Source of the DNA: Paraglomus brasilianum
Lineage: Eukaryota
Assembly (NCBI GenBank): GCA_910592345.1
Contig: CAJVPI010000134.1
Location: 1-50,400, forward strand
Reading direction: 5' to 3'
DNA: 50,400 bases
Shown: piece by piece, positions 1 to 15,555 of the stretch
Layout of the letters: every line of letters starts with the position of its first letter
Position numbering within the stretch: the first letter of the stretch is position 1
Notes under the pieces: generated by a model
Seen by the model: only the letters and a program-made list of their open reading frames with translations
Database searches by the model: none
Told to the model about the DNA's origin: nothing
Made by a program: the position numbers and the translations under genes

Positions 1-417
1 TATTCCACATACGGAGCAGAATCCATATCGAGAATAGTAATGGTAAAAAGGTAGATCAGCAACCACGTAATACTTGTTATTAGACTTAGTAAATCCTTTT
101 ATGAGTTTGTTGCGATAACTAAGCCATTTGGAATATCTTCTGTACTGATTAGCGTCATTGTTGTATTTGTGTGTCGGAAGTGAGTATATTCTAGCAAACT
201 CACTAACAAATGTTTGTGTACATTCCCTGTTGTTTCCAAGGCATAACAGCGTTATCATGTAATCATTGCGACTGGCGCAGTAGACGTTGTCAATATGAGT
301 TAGCTTTATGTCGGTGATTTCTTCGTAAGGAGTCCATTCAAGTCTTAAGTATCTATCTTCACTTTCCAAGGAGGATTGAACCAAGTTATCAATTTCTGCA
401 TTATTAACTAATGACAT
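1..417 (-). CDS. N-terminal part of a kinase-related protein (degenerate TKL N-lobe module followed by CxxC), truncated by window edge
   Basis: Not in the ORF track because it has no stop inside the window. ATG at 417 opens 139 uninterrupted codons: MSLVNNAEIDNLVQSS...LRLEWTPYEEITDI...YGFCSVCGI. The 'ID..IQ...LEWxPY' and CxxC motifs match the modules of the kinase at 30503-33071. Confidence 0.65.
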   Translation of the reverse strand, partial: MSLVNNAEIDNLVQSSLESEDRYLRLEWTPYEEITDIKLTHIDNVYCASRNDYMITLLCLGNNRECTQTFVSEFARIYSLPTHKYNNDANQYRRYSKWLSYRNKLIKGFTKSNNKYYVVADLPFYHYYSRYGFCSVCGI

Positions 418-856
418 CGTTTGAATAAAGAAGTTTTCACGGAGGTCAAATACCGATCCGTGTGTAACACATCTTCTTTTCTCATCAGTGCTTCCCCTAC
501 TATATTTAGTAATAGGTATTTTGCTAAATTTGGCAATACATTGGGGGAGGTAATTTAGGTAACCCTAACAGATTTGGAAATTGGATAATGTTTGGGACGA
601 TGGTATTCATTAGCTTTTGCCAAATAAAGTATTAATTGGAGTTAATATTATACATTGAATGAGTAATAAGTTATTTCTTGATAGATTGGAGTGCTTCATA
701 TTGGATATGATACAATCTGATCACTAATGCGAAATTGTATCTATTACTATATTAATCGCACAAGTAGCTATAGGAAATACTAATTTACCATATATGGTGT
801 CACCCTCCATCGCCCCTGACTATTTTGGTAATTGAAGATTTTATATTACCAAAAAT

Positions 857-974
857 GGGGGTAGGCTAAAGCGGAGTAGTTTTTTTTTTTTACAATTTCA
901 TTGGTTGATATACAAATTTGACCAATGTAATTGCAAGAATCAGGTCACGTTCTACTCCGCTTTAGCCATCCTCC
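857..974. mobile_element. Candidate MITE (118 bp)
   Basis: 23-bp inverted termini: GGGGGTAGGCTAAAGCGGAGTAG (857-879) vs reverse complement of 952-974 (20/23 identical, inner 16 bp perfect). AAAAAT is directly repeated on both flanks (851-856, 975-980). Confidence 0.55.
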
Positions 975-1166
975 AAAAATGGTAGTGGGACGATAAACTA
1001 GTGAAGGCTAACTTAGTAACTCGTAACATTACCATTAGTATTAGTATAAGTTGTTTAGACTTTTTGGTCATGTGCGTGATGCAGTAGACGTGTATCTACT
1101 GACGTAATTGTTCAGCATCTTTAAATGCTTTTTTTTGATCATTAACTTGCGCACATAATTTATAAA

Positions 1167-2652
<1,486 letters not shown>

Positions 2653-2784
2653 AGATAAAATCGAAATTGATGGATTACATTTGGTATATTTGAACCCTTA
2701 CAATAAATATTATTGTCTTAAAAGCCTTATAACTTGGAAGGTAAAAAGTCCACCGTACCTACGCCTCCGAAATATGTTGTGTTT

Positions 2785-2895
2785 TTTTTTCAAGACGATA
2801 ATGTTAACCGCGGCAGACAACAGAAGTAGGTCAGTTTAAGAGGATAGCTATACATTAATATTATCTCTTTCATGGCCTAAAGTCCTGATCTCAAC
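2785..2895 (+). mobile_element. Highly decayed Tc1-like transposase fragment
   Basis: FFQDDN (2785-2802), WP (2873-2878) and SPDLN (2881-2895). The Asp of DN and the Asp of SPD are 30 codons apart, as in DD34E transposases. Internal stop and frameshifts. Confidence 0.45.
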
Positions 2896-3320
2896 GGGAT
2901 AAACAGTAAAAGTCTGCCTAAAAACTTGGAGAAAGTGTGCATATAACCTTAAAGGAAAAACGTTAGCAAAATTTGGTATATACTATGCCTCATCATATAC
3001 AGACTGTCATAAATGCTTAAACAATCACAGATCATATTATCAGAGGACCAGTTTCTTCTACCTTTTATGATGATCAGCCCAATCACCAATACTTTGCACT
3101 CTCTCAAAGCGCGTACATCTTAGTCCCGAATTTGAGACATAGCACTATTTTCGAGACACAGAATTCCTCTTTATCATTGTAAAGACCAACATTAATTGGG
3201 GCATGCTGCAACAAAACCAGACAAAGTGAACATTAAAAAATTGTAGAAATACTGATCCACTAAATATTTTTTATTATTTATTGCAACCAGCAAGACAATT
3301 TTCATTTTTGACATGTACTA

Positions 3321-3640
3321 TTAATAAGTTGTCTTATTCTTCTTGACATGGTTACGCATTGCAATAAGACAACGAAGTACTTGACGACGTCCATCAACAG
3401 TTTTTAGGTCAATACCTGAAGTCTTAGTATTTTGCCCTGGCCAGCGCGTCATGGTAATATGTTTATTAGCTGGCAAACCAAGAGCCAATTCTCTAAAGTA
3501 ATTATTACTGACTTCAAAGCGATAAAATGTTACATAAGAATAAATGAACCGAACAGCAAAAAGCACTTGATCTCCCATAACATTCCTTTGACGGTTTTCA
3601 TATGCAGCTGCCAAAAGTTCCGACTATCAGTAAAATAATA
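3321..3640 (-). pseudogene. Fragment of a lineage-expanded protein, possibly PD-(D/E)XK/REase-like C-terminus
   Basis: ELLAAAYEN...DQVLFAVRFIYSYVTFYRFEVSNNYFRELALGLP reads like real coding sequence. No intact upstream exon or ATG was found. The family assignment is from pattern resemblance only. Confidence 0.35.
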
Positions 3641-4116
3641 AATAAAAAAGATAAGTCATTTTTCTCTGAGTGATCACAGGGATGTTTTGATAGGTGTTTA
3701 ACTCTCTTCGCGATTTAGATGTAGTTTTTAGTATAGGAAGAACGTTTCTGTCTATTATTTGCGATAAATGAAGCGGTTATTTCGCCAGTGATTTTTGGAA
3801 TAAACTTATATCAACAATATTAAACGCAATTATTTATTTAACGATTTTTATTTATGAATACCTCACGTGACTGTGAGTCCTTATAGTAATAGTCACCGTG
3901 ACTATAGGCTGTATATCCTTGTTTGGCAGAGATGGATAGTAATAATAATGAAGATGTGGTCAGAACAAGAGAATGCTTGCATGAATTGCTATTTACATAG
4001 TCTAGTTACTTTAGTCTTAAAATTCATCTTGAGCCATTTCCTGAACATTATGTCTCATTCTTAGTTGTTATGGCGAATGCACAACTCTAAAGTTTATTGT
4101 GAAAGCGAAATTCATA

Positions 4117-4140
4117 AAGAAAGAAAGAAAGAAAGAAAGA
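4117..4140 (+). repeat. (AAAG)n microsatellite
   Basis: About 6 tandem AAAG units. Confidence 0.8.
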
Positions 4141-5517
4141 CTCTAACTATAATTGATGAGATGCACAATAAAATCTATATATAGGATACCCGTATATGGA
4201 AAATTATAATTATAGTGGTTCGACTGAACCAAGCGCTTCTTGGAGATAGGTTGCAATTGTGGTTGCTCAAAAATGATTACAAGAGAAAAGTTTGCTAAAT
4301 TACGTGAAGCTCTCTGGATCCGAACAAGATATATTTTTAATGGCCCAACTGAAAGCAACGAATGGCGAAGAAATAACTGTCAGCCGACTTCTTAAAAAGA
4401 AAACGCGTACTAATAAAGCACATTTACTATTGAAATTGCAATACGCCTCTTATAAACCCCCAAAAAAATTACAAATTATGACCTAGTTTGGAAATAATGA
4501 AAATTAAAGATTGTAAAGATGACAATTTGATTTTTCTCTTATTTCAACTATGCATTTATGCTCTCTTCCTACTGCCTGTGCCATAATATCCTCCAAGCAA
4601 AGCATTAATTACTGCGCTCGCATATCCGAAGTTGGGAACACAAACCGCATTTGCTTTCATTGAACTTATCGGATGACGGCTTGGGTACGAAACCTAGAAA
4701 AGTGGATCAACAATTTATCATGTGATTGTGACTTGATGTATTACAGTATTACATTATTTACATCTGAAATGCGACGCCATCGGTTTAGCGCAATTTAAAT
4801 ATGAAATGTGAGTGCTCGCTAAATTAGGGTTGGAAAATTGTAGTAGTGTGTTGAGCAATAATAATCATAATACTTAAATGCTACGATCGTTATCGTCTAC
4901 GATTGTTAATTGGACTCATTTCGCCAGAATATCATCATATATCCCCAGTCACATGTTTTCTTATGCTCGACGAAGTTGAAATCCGATCCATGGTATATGG
5001 TACAGTAGTTTATATTTGCATATCTTACTTTCTCGTTCAACACGAAAAAATAATCGCGTCGAATAATATTTATTTTGTGTGATCATATTAATATATCACC
5101 CAGGCCATCTTGGCTCGACATCACATGATTTAGTGACAAAGAGTTCGTAAAAACTATAATAAAAAAAATCACATTTCTTATTCCTTCAATCACATGATCG
5201 GGTGAAATACCTCGGCATCCAGCTGAGGATAAAAAGCATTAAAAAACTCGACCAAGAAAGCTTAAATTACAAACAGCTCTAAATCAGATTTCAACAATAT
5301 TATTGTTCCTGTCATTTGGTGAAAACCCCTCTTGTTTAAACAGCAATAGAGGGGGAAGGGAATGATTCGAGGTGATTCTAGTTGATGTTGTCACTGTATA
5401 AGAATTACAATTCGAATTCAAGGATAACTGTTATGAATGATCTACGCGATGAAATTGGGAATAATGTGCATGCAAAATTCACATTAACAAGCACACCCAC
5501 ATTCATTAAAGATATAC

Positions 5518-6949
5518 TCATACAGACGCCGCCGATCCCTGCCGACGAACACTCGCCAATCGTCGCTTTTCACCTTCCAACTAATTCAGAGGAAAATAGG
5601 ATACTAAATATTCATGTCACAAAAGTAGCAAGCCCCCATCTCTCAATATCACCCCCACACATACCACTTTCTTAACACGTTCTAATGACCCAGCAGCATT
5701 TGAATTAGCCCTACAATTCTCAACATTGTATGGAGGAGTAATAACCACTTCATCGAGAACCACGATGGTATCCTTAGCCCATCGGCACGGTAGTCTGAAT
5801 GTAGAGAGTGTATATAATGATGATAGTGAGAAGTTGGTCAGGTAAGGTATTAGCATCGTAATTTGGGATGTTGTTATTGAAAGATAAAGTCGTGTGAAAA
5901 ACGATTGCATAGATGGTATTCATAACATTAGTATTACGGTCCTCCCCACGCACTCCCTGTGAAGTTCTACTTGCTCACTCCAAATCTCTTAAACATAAAT
6001 CCGCAACCTAATCCTTTGTCCTTAACCTTCGGCCCCCTCCCCCCCTTATCTTCTTTTATTCCACTTACGTTTTACTTAATGCATCGAAGATTTCTTGTGC
6101 CTCTTGCGTAACCCCATCACCAATCCTCGCTAGCTGACACTGTGTGTCTTTGTATGCTTGTATACCTCTTTGTTGAAGTTTATCCATTTGGACATAACTA
6201 ATTTTCGGGAAGGCTTTAGCGAAGAATTGACTAATCGCATTCTGGCCGTTTGCCGTATTAGCGTTGTTTGATGTGGCGTCTGAAGTTGGAGGAATGGTGT
6301 TGGGTGTAGTCGTAACAGGCGTTGTGGGCACGCTGTCACTAATAGAATTCTTCCGGTATGGTAGTTGAGTAACTTCTTTCAGAAAGCCGATTTTTAAAAT
6401 ATGAAAATCATATTTCGGTGCTGAAAGCGTATGTGTAGACAGCGTCTGGTCGCTTAAGCACTGTTTAACATTGGAAAACCGAAATGAGATTGGTTTAGGT
6501 TAAGGAATAATTCATGATTGTGGAAGAAGTAATTCTAATGAAAAAGTCATTCCCTTAGCCATACTTGTTTGAAAAGTTAGGAAGAGAAATGCTATAGAGT
6601 AATGGCATAATATCATATTATTAAGGATATGAAGCACAATACAGCTCGTCTTTGAATCGTAAGCATAGATCTGTCCTTCGTGTTCTTCATCGGTGACAGT
6701 TTTTACTCGGATCGGCAGTCCTAATACCCAATCTAAACCTCTTTGTTGCTGTAATGTGTGTTGTTGCTGTTGCTGTTGTTGTTGGTGTTGTTGGTGATCG
6801 TTCCTATTATCTGCGGAAGAGTTATTACTATTATTATTAATGGCTACAGAGTTGTTCGAGGTCGCGTTGGAAGATCGTTGATTCGTGGACGAAGAGTTGG
6901 AACGATTAAGGTTACGTGGATTAGAGCGTTGCATGTGGGTATTATCCAT
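5518..6949 (-). CDS. LSM12: LSM12 (N-terminal Lsm domain + anticodon-binding domain) with N/Q/S-rich extension; exons 6949-6631, 6462-6069, 5794-5665, 5580-5518
   Basis: LGLPIRVKTVTDEEHEGQIYAYD...CIVLQC...[38 protein letters not shown]...IVVLDEVVITPPY...SLERVKKVLEGEKRR. The first intron must be AT-AC to keep frame. Confidence 0.9.
6463..6630 (-). other. U12-type (minor spliceosome) AT-AC intron in LSM12
   Basis: 5' site ATATCCTTA at 6630-6622, branch point TTCCTTAAC at 6507-6499, AC acceptor at 6464-6463 (alternative at 6494-6493). Removal restores the Lsm domain frame. Confidence 0.88.
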
Positions 6950-8310
6950 ACGATGTGTCTGGAATAATAATAAAAAAGGTCCACCTGAACCTGTATAGAT
7001 TTAACAAATCAAACATGTGACATCACTGGTGGCTTGGTCAATTCAAAGCTCTTTTTTTTTTTTTTTTTTTCCAACCGACACTTTTATCATTGTTGGCAGG
7101 GTTTTCATTCTATCGACCGTTATGAAACATGCGTAAATTCGTAATACCTAGAATGTAATAGGCTTGTTTATAACTTATTTGGTGGGGCGCATTGATTGTG
7201 AACTCACCTGTCGTAATGAGAATACATAATAAGTCTACTTATTGTTGTATTCAATTAAATGTATTATGAATATGAAATACATTTCCTGTTTGTGCTGGTG
7301 TCATGGATTCTGGCCATTCCATATACGTTGGTATGTTTCAAAGTCAGCTGATAAGACTTAATATGGCAATGTCCTAAGAATGGAGTTATTAGTTTCAGTT
7401 TTCCATCGAGAATTGGAACATTCTATAATCACAAGTCAACAAAGTGACCGAACGTGATAATATCTATTACACATTAGTAGAGCAATTATATGTGAGCATC
7501 GTCAATACTGGTATTAGAAGTATTGCAAGATGATGAAAATCATATTATGAGGTTATTCCATTCTTTATAAACGATTCCAATATGTTGAGCAGTTGTAGAG
7601 CATAAGACACAGATCCTACGAGTCACCCAGGAGAGCGTGTGTTTTCAAATCGACCGAGAGACATCCCCAACAGCTACGCAGGTAGCTCCCATATATCCAC
7701 TGTCAGATATATATTATATAATTGTAAACTGTCAATGTCTCTTATTTACCCGGTGAACATTTCAATCGCGATAATAATTGTGAGGGATAGCGATAGTTCT
7801 GAGTTGACCAAATTTAGTATCAGGTTATTTAATAGTCTACATTCTTGTCGATCAAGCGATCTGCAGTTCGTTAGCATTGAAAATTCAATTTATAGATCTG
7901 AATGCTTTATCGAAAATCCCATAATAAAGACAGGCGAGAGCACGGCACATGCTTGTAGAATCGACAGTTTCTTTTACATTAATACGATGAGTTAACGTGC
8001 TCGTTCGTGCAAAGCATATTTATCGATCGCATAGTGCGACATTGTACAATGATAAATTTCTTTGAAACGCGAAAAGGGTTATGTTATGATGGTTCGTTGT
8101 TTGCTGGAGGCGAAATACAGTGAATTTCATCGTTCACACACACATTAACTTGAAATACCGACCAAACATCACTTATGTTCTTTTTGTGCATGCTAACTTC
8201 CGAAAGAATGCACTTGATTTTCTCTGTTTTGGAAATCGGGTCATATGACAATGAGATCTTCTGACATAATATATTACTATTACACCATCATCAGTTTAAT
8301 TTGCAGATCA

Positions 8311-9690
8311 ATGTCTATGTACGTTCGACAAGTTTTTAGACTTGGTTTATTCCGGCATTCATATTCATTCATTTTTTCTCAAACCGTCCGAGCGACTCCC
8401 TCACCATTACTATCGCTATCTCTATCTCCATTCTCCGCCACTGGAAATAAGGTTTGATCAAACACTAATAGTAGTAGTGTCCATTCCTACAAACAAACCT
8501 TATTCTCACATTATGCGTCCCTTAGCGTGCTGCGAAAAATTTACTAGCCTCTGTAGCAGGAACTACTGTTGCGTATTGGTATCTACAGTCAAACGTCGTT
8601 CTCGCTGACGCCCCCTCCAGTGAGCATAATTTCATTGGTAAGAATTTTGACTTGAGGAGAATAGGAATAGTGCATGTACATTAGCAAGAGTGGCTGAACA
8701 AAAGTTTGAACGAACGTCTATCTTCCAATGCTGATCACGGTGTTCTATATGGCTAGAGGATCCTGATAGTAAAGTGTTGTTTCCCAGATGCATTACACTC
8801 TGCGACGGAACTAAAGCCCGCGTAATTGGACTGGGGGTCAGGACAGTGTCATTTCTCAGTATAAAAGTATATGTTGTTGGTTTGTATATTGCCGACAATG
8901 ACATCAAAACGCTTAGGAAGTGGAAGGTAAGTCGTCCACTTATTAAGTACTCTATCATAATTATAATACCGAGCCATTATTCTAATGTTCGCGTATGTCA
9001 TATCAGGATTATGACAAGGAAAAATTCCTTTCAGCAGACGATGAATCTATTCCGCTTGCATTCGTTGATCAGCCTGTTGAAATTGCAATTCGCGTGGGTT
9101 AGCAATGAATGTCTATTTCGTGATTGTTCACAACTGTTATCGTATACCGAAATGTGTTAACTCGTCTTGTTACTTATTGCAAGTTCCCGTGCGCGATACT
9201 AATGGACAGCATCTGCGTGATGGGTTTACGAGAGCGGTTCTAGCTAGGATGGAGAAAACTGATCTGAGTGTCGATGAGACAAAGGAAATTCTGGAAGCAT
9301 TGACATCTTTTAAAGCCCTATTCCCAAAGTCATCTTTCAAGGCTGGTACTGCGCTTGTGCTGACTAAACAAAAGGATGGAAGTTTAAAAATGGAATATCA
9401 GGTAACATTTACTGGTTGATATGATTAATAATGTACAAAATAGTTTATTAATTTTTATGTCGAATAGGATAAGCAGCTTGGCATTGTGAATAATAGCTGG
9501 TTGGCGAAGAACCTCATCATGGCCTACCTAGCGGCCAAGAGTCCTATATCAGAGAAGGTTGTTATACTAGAGAATGCTGAACACGTGATGGTTATATGTG
9601 GCAAAAATATTGATTTTAGTTTTTATTTTTATGCTATTACAGGCAAAGATCAGTATAGCAAATGGGTTAGAAGAATTCTTAGAGTCGTAA
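8311..9690 (+). CDS. Mitochondrial chalcone-isomerase-fold protein (AIM18/AIM46-like), multi-exon
   Basis: Presequence-like MSMYVRQVFRLGLFRH..., then DPDSKVLFP, VIGLGVRTVSFLSIKVYVVGLYI, VPVRDTNGQHLRDGFTRA, WLAKNLIMAYL...SPISEKAKISIANG. GT-AG introns. The start is inferred. Confidence 0.85.
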
Positions 9691-10910
9691 AATCCAACCT
9701 GACGAATGTGAATCATTTGTCAAAAGAGCTACATCATATTTGCTATTGCTATCGACAACCCGATTTTTGAGCTATCGCTGTTGTAGTTACAGGCAGAACA
9801 ATACTAATACTAATCAAACTGTATGACCTCGCTTTGATCTCGTGCACCATTATTAAAAATATATATATACCAGTCGACTTTAACGATTACAAATTAACGG
9901 TTTTTTGCTTTGACCTTTTTGAAAATCCAACTTAATTGGTCAACCATATCTGGGAACCAAGCCTCATCGGCACAGCCCTATCGTATGATTTTTGACTGCA
10001 ACATATCTTAATATGGGACAGACTACAACAAAACCAGGCAAAAGTTCTGAATTTTAATAAACAACCAATAATTCTCGTTCTGGGAAGCTTTTACCGTTTT
10101 TAGTAATGTTGTGCAAAGGGGTTACGCATAAACCATTAGTAGAATATAAATATAAACATGAATATGTAAACCGATAGGAATGTTGCCAACGAGTATGGCT
10201 GGAATGAATTAAAAAGAAAACTGTAATACGTAAAAGGTGGACTGAATATAGGGAAAAGCCCCTAGATAGCGATAGCGCTTCAGGGCGTACGGAAGATCGC
10301 CATCATACAAAGAACAACACGTGTGTAAACATACATGTTTGCCTCCCGTAATTAATAAATCCTTTGGCAAATGATTCGAAAACTCGCACAAGGGAATTTG
10401 AATAGTAATTATCAATTCTGCATGATTACTGCATAATCGCGCCTTCAAGTCGTAACGCTTCAATTCTTCTAACGCTTCGAGAAACCAATCCATTCCCTTT
10501 CTCGTTAAACGTTCTCGACACATTTCCTCGGGAAAAACGTCCAAATATTTGGCTCTTTATTGAGAAACCTGTTATTGACCAGCGGGTTAACCAGATCTGT
10601 CAAAAAATAAAGGACTGGACAACAAATAATCATTAATTAGCTCCCCCTTGTGTTACCTTGATACTATTATTTATTATATTAATAATTTGTCCACCATTCT
10701 ATTTTGGGAGCGTATGTCAAAATTTTAGAGTTTTGTCTAGACACACCAATAATCATTCGCATATTCTGCAGATAATAGCTAGCAGAGATCCTTAATTTCC
10801 CTCACAACTCTTCCTTCTCTACGTATTGTGTGGTGTTCTCGCTTTTTACGTTTTCTAAATCAATAACCAACTACATCTGACCTCGTCCTTTACTTGATAA
10901 TTAGTAAATA

Positions 10911-12624
<1,714 letters not shown>

Positions 12625-13288
12625 TTATTAATGATTTTAAGCATGGGGGGTATGGGTTTTTTATTCGGAATAGATTGTTGAAAATTCCTCTAGAGTTAAA
12701 TTAAATTTTTACGAGACAGATTGTTGTGAATAACAAATCATTCCATCTTGTCGAAAGAATTTTTAACATTAAATCGAAAAACGTTTTCAAGTATTATTAA
12801 TATACCGAGTCAGTTCGTTACTGCGTTTTTGTTGCCGCTATCCCAAAGCAGCGTTCGACGAGTAAATACCAGATAAATATTGAAACTAATACGGAATAAC
12901 CCAGACCGTAAACATATAAAGTTCACCGAATAACGTTATTATTATTATTTTGAAAACGACTTTCATTGATTAGTTAGCTAACCAATACTTTTTATAGTTC
13001 ACAAACTCTCTTTATACAAAGTTGAAACTCTAAGTATCTATCTTTAGAGTCCATTTGAAGAATAGATGAGAACGATACAATTACCAAAAACTTTACACGC
13101 CATCTCTACTTATCAAATCTACTAAAAAAACTCTAACCTGCAAAAAAAAAAAAAATTGATTATCCTACATGATATGCATACTCAATGTCTTTACTCCATT
13201 ATATCCCTACTTTTTTTTTTCTTCTATATACTGATTTTGCATTATTTACTACTCTTTCGTGCATGTGTCCATAACCATGTCCTTTATA

Positions 13289-15555
13289 TTAATCAAACCC
13301 ACACCGAATAAGCGATCCCTGCCGAGTACCAATAACCAAATACCGATCATCCACATCCATAAAAGTTGGTTGCTCCTCAAGATTGAGCAACTTCCATCCA
13401 TGTGGCCCGTAAGAAGTCCCGTTAGCAAAATGTGACGGGTTAGTCTGGGCGGGAGCAGGATTATCAACTATATTGTCTATATTCCGTTGGTCCGAGTCGA
13501 CACTTATCGAAACACCTGAAGCCGTGTCTTGATGGTTTGTTGACACGGGAAGAGTTTCCGACATATTCCCACGGTTCGAGAAGAGGTTTGTTGACAAGAA
13601 AGGACTGTCCGCAGTCGATCGAACTTCGTTTGTTGTTGTCAAAGTCCAAGGTCCGGAATTTACCTCTATTCCGCTTCCCTCCTCGTTTGCATCCTCCCCA
13701 ACACAAACGCCCTTCCTCAAGAACCTTACCATTCCTTCAGGCTTAACTACACAAATGGGCCCGGCGGAACTACAATTACTAATAACACAACGACCTCGAC
13801 CAGCCAAACACCCGCACCACGGAACAATTCCAGGGGCGTCCATTTCCCATTGCTTCTCTGGCGGTTTGGTGAAATCCGGTTCCCTCGTTGTCTCATCTAT
13901 TGGCCAGGAAAACAAATAGATCAAGTCGCTCGTTGCACACAAAAGAAAGCGAGAATTGCTGGTGGCAGAGACGACTGCATCGGTTGGTTGGAGAGAAAGA
14001 TAGGAAATCGATCGAAGGGGTGAAGGTGAAATTGATAAAGAGTAAATTGTATATGTGCCATCAGAGTGAAGAGATAGGATCTTGTCGTTCCGGATTTGAA
14101 CATAGAGAATCTAAATATGTAAAGATGGCAAGTTTTTAGTTGGAAAGTTTCAGTAAAACACATAATCCGTTGACAATTACATAAAGGCAGCATTCATTCT
14201 CCCATATTCAACACCACTCAACACGGCATGGCATGTCTTTGATCTTACCTCTTTGCCAGTATTATAACAAGCCACAACACTTCCGTCCTTCCAATTCCAA
14301 ACGTTGACGACCCCATCATCCGATCCAGCAACTACGTATTTCCCGTCGATGTTGACACAGGGAAGGGACGAGCGCGAGGGAGAGGTTAGTGTTAGGTGCG
14401 GAGAGTGTGTCTGTAGATTATAGATATGTATGAATCTGGGATTGTTGGAAAGAGTAGGTTTTAATAAAAAATATGGGAACGTTCATTTTATGTCGATAGC
14501 ATTTAAGAGTCGAAAAAAAAAATTGAAGTGTTTAGCGGAAAGCGTAATCTTTTTCAAATATGTAAAAAGCCTATTTGATGCGACTACCCCTTGCTGTTCA
14601 TTTCAAACACGCTCTCGCTCATGTTCCAATATTAGGTTGTGAAAACTTTCACCCCTCGCTCCCCAACACCAATTCATGATACTCACTCTGTTCGAAACGC
14701 AACAGCCACGACCCATTCTCTCGGCAAGAACGCGACCTCCTCGGCTGTATGCAATAATTGCACATTACTCAAACAGATTCCCTTTTCCACATCCCAGTAC
14801 CGTAGACTTCTATCCACGGCCAAAGTCACTGCCATTCCATCCTTGATGGTCACGAAAAAGATTTGGGATGAATGTCCACGGAAATAACGAATCGACTGTA
14901 CAGATCCGGCTGACCAATTTTGCTCGCGGATATACAAGGAACGATAAAAGGACCGCCAAGGAGGAGGGGACGAGAGACGGGTAGTGGGAGAGGAGCGAAG
15001 AGATTGTTGAGATGTCATAAGATGTGCACATGAGGATGGTGATAAGGATGAACATCTGTGTGAAAGCAAGGCCGAAGACAGGTTCAAGAATGGTGTCGAT
15101 GGATAAGCCAAGGATGACGCGTACGGAAATGAGCTTGTATATGGATACGATTGTTGTATTGATGAGTGTTCCAGTGGTTGCACTGGCAGTTCTGATGAAG
15201 TCTCTGATATGAATTCGAGATACTTTCTCTTCCATATCTGTGAGTCAGTTGCGAGGCTTCTCCATCTTTTGCAGACCTAGAGGGCAAGTGAAATAAGAGA
15301 TGTATGAAAAGAGAATAAGTGATCCATGTGGTATGTGCGATAAACGTCTCGACGAGGTATTTTATCAGATTGTTACTGGCTGGATATTGAAGCCAATAAG
15401 GTCTATGCGCACTGTTGTGTATATGGCATACTGTTTAGTATGTTTGTAATTACCAATTGACATTTGCATAAAGCGTCCACCGGCAAGAAACTTAGTACTT
15501 GTATGCTTAGTTCCTCTGGTAAAGCAGAGAGCAAGTCGAAATTAACTAATCTCAT
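13289..15555 (-). CDS. F-box/WD40-repeat protein, multi-exon
   Basis: F-box DLLSALPEELSIQVLSFLPVDALCKCQL|VCKRWRSLATDSQIWKR. WD repeats: FRGHSSQI...VDRSLRYWD and YVVAGSDDGVVNVWNW. The start at 15555 is the only in-frame ATG after an upstream stop; an earlier exon is possible. Confidence 0.85.

Noticed and set aside
5768..5775. GTATCCTT minor-intron donor-like motif
   Set aside because: Lies antisense within an LSM12 coding exon (AKDT); no + strand gene context.
10209..10544. 111-aa minus-strand ORF
   Set aside because: Possibly a gene remnant, but no recognisable motif, ATG start or exon chain.
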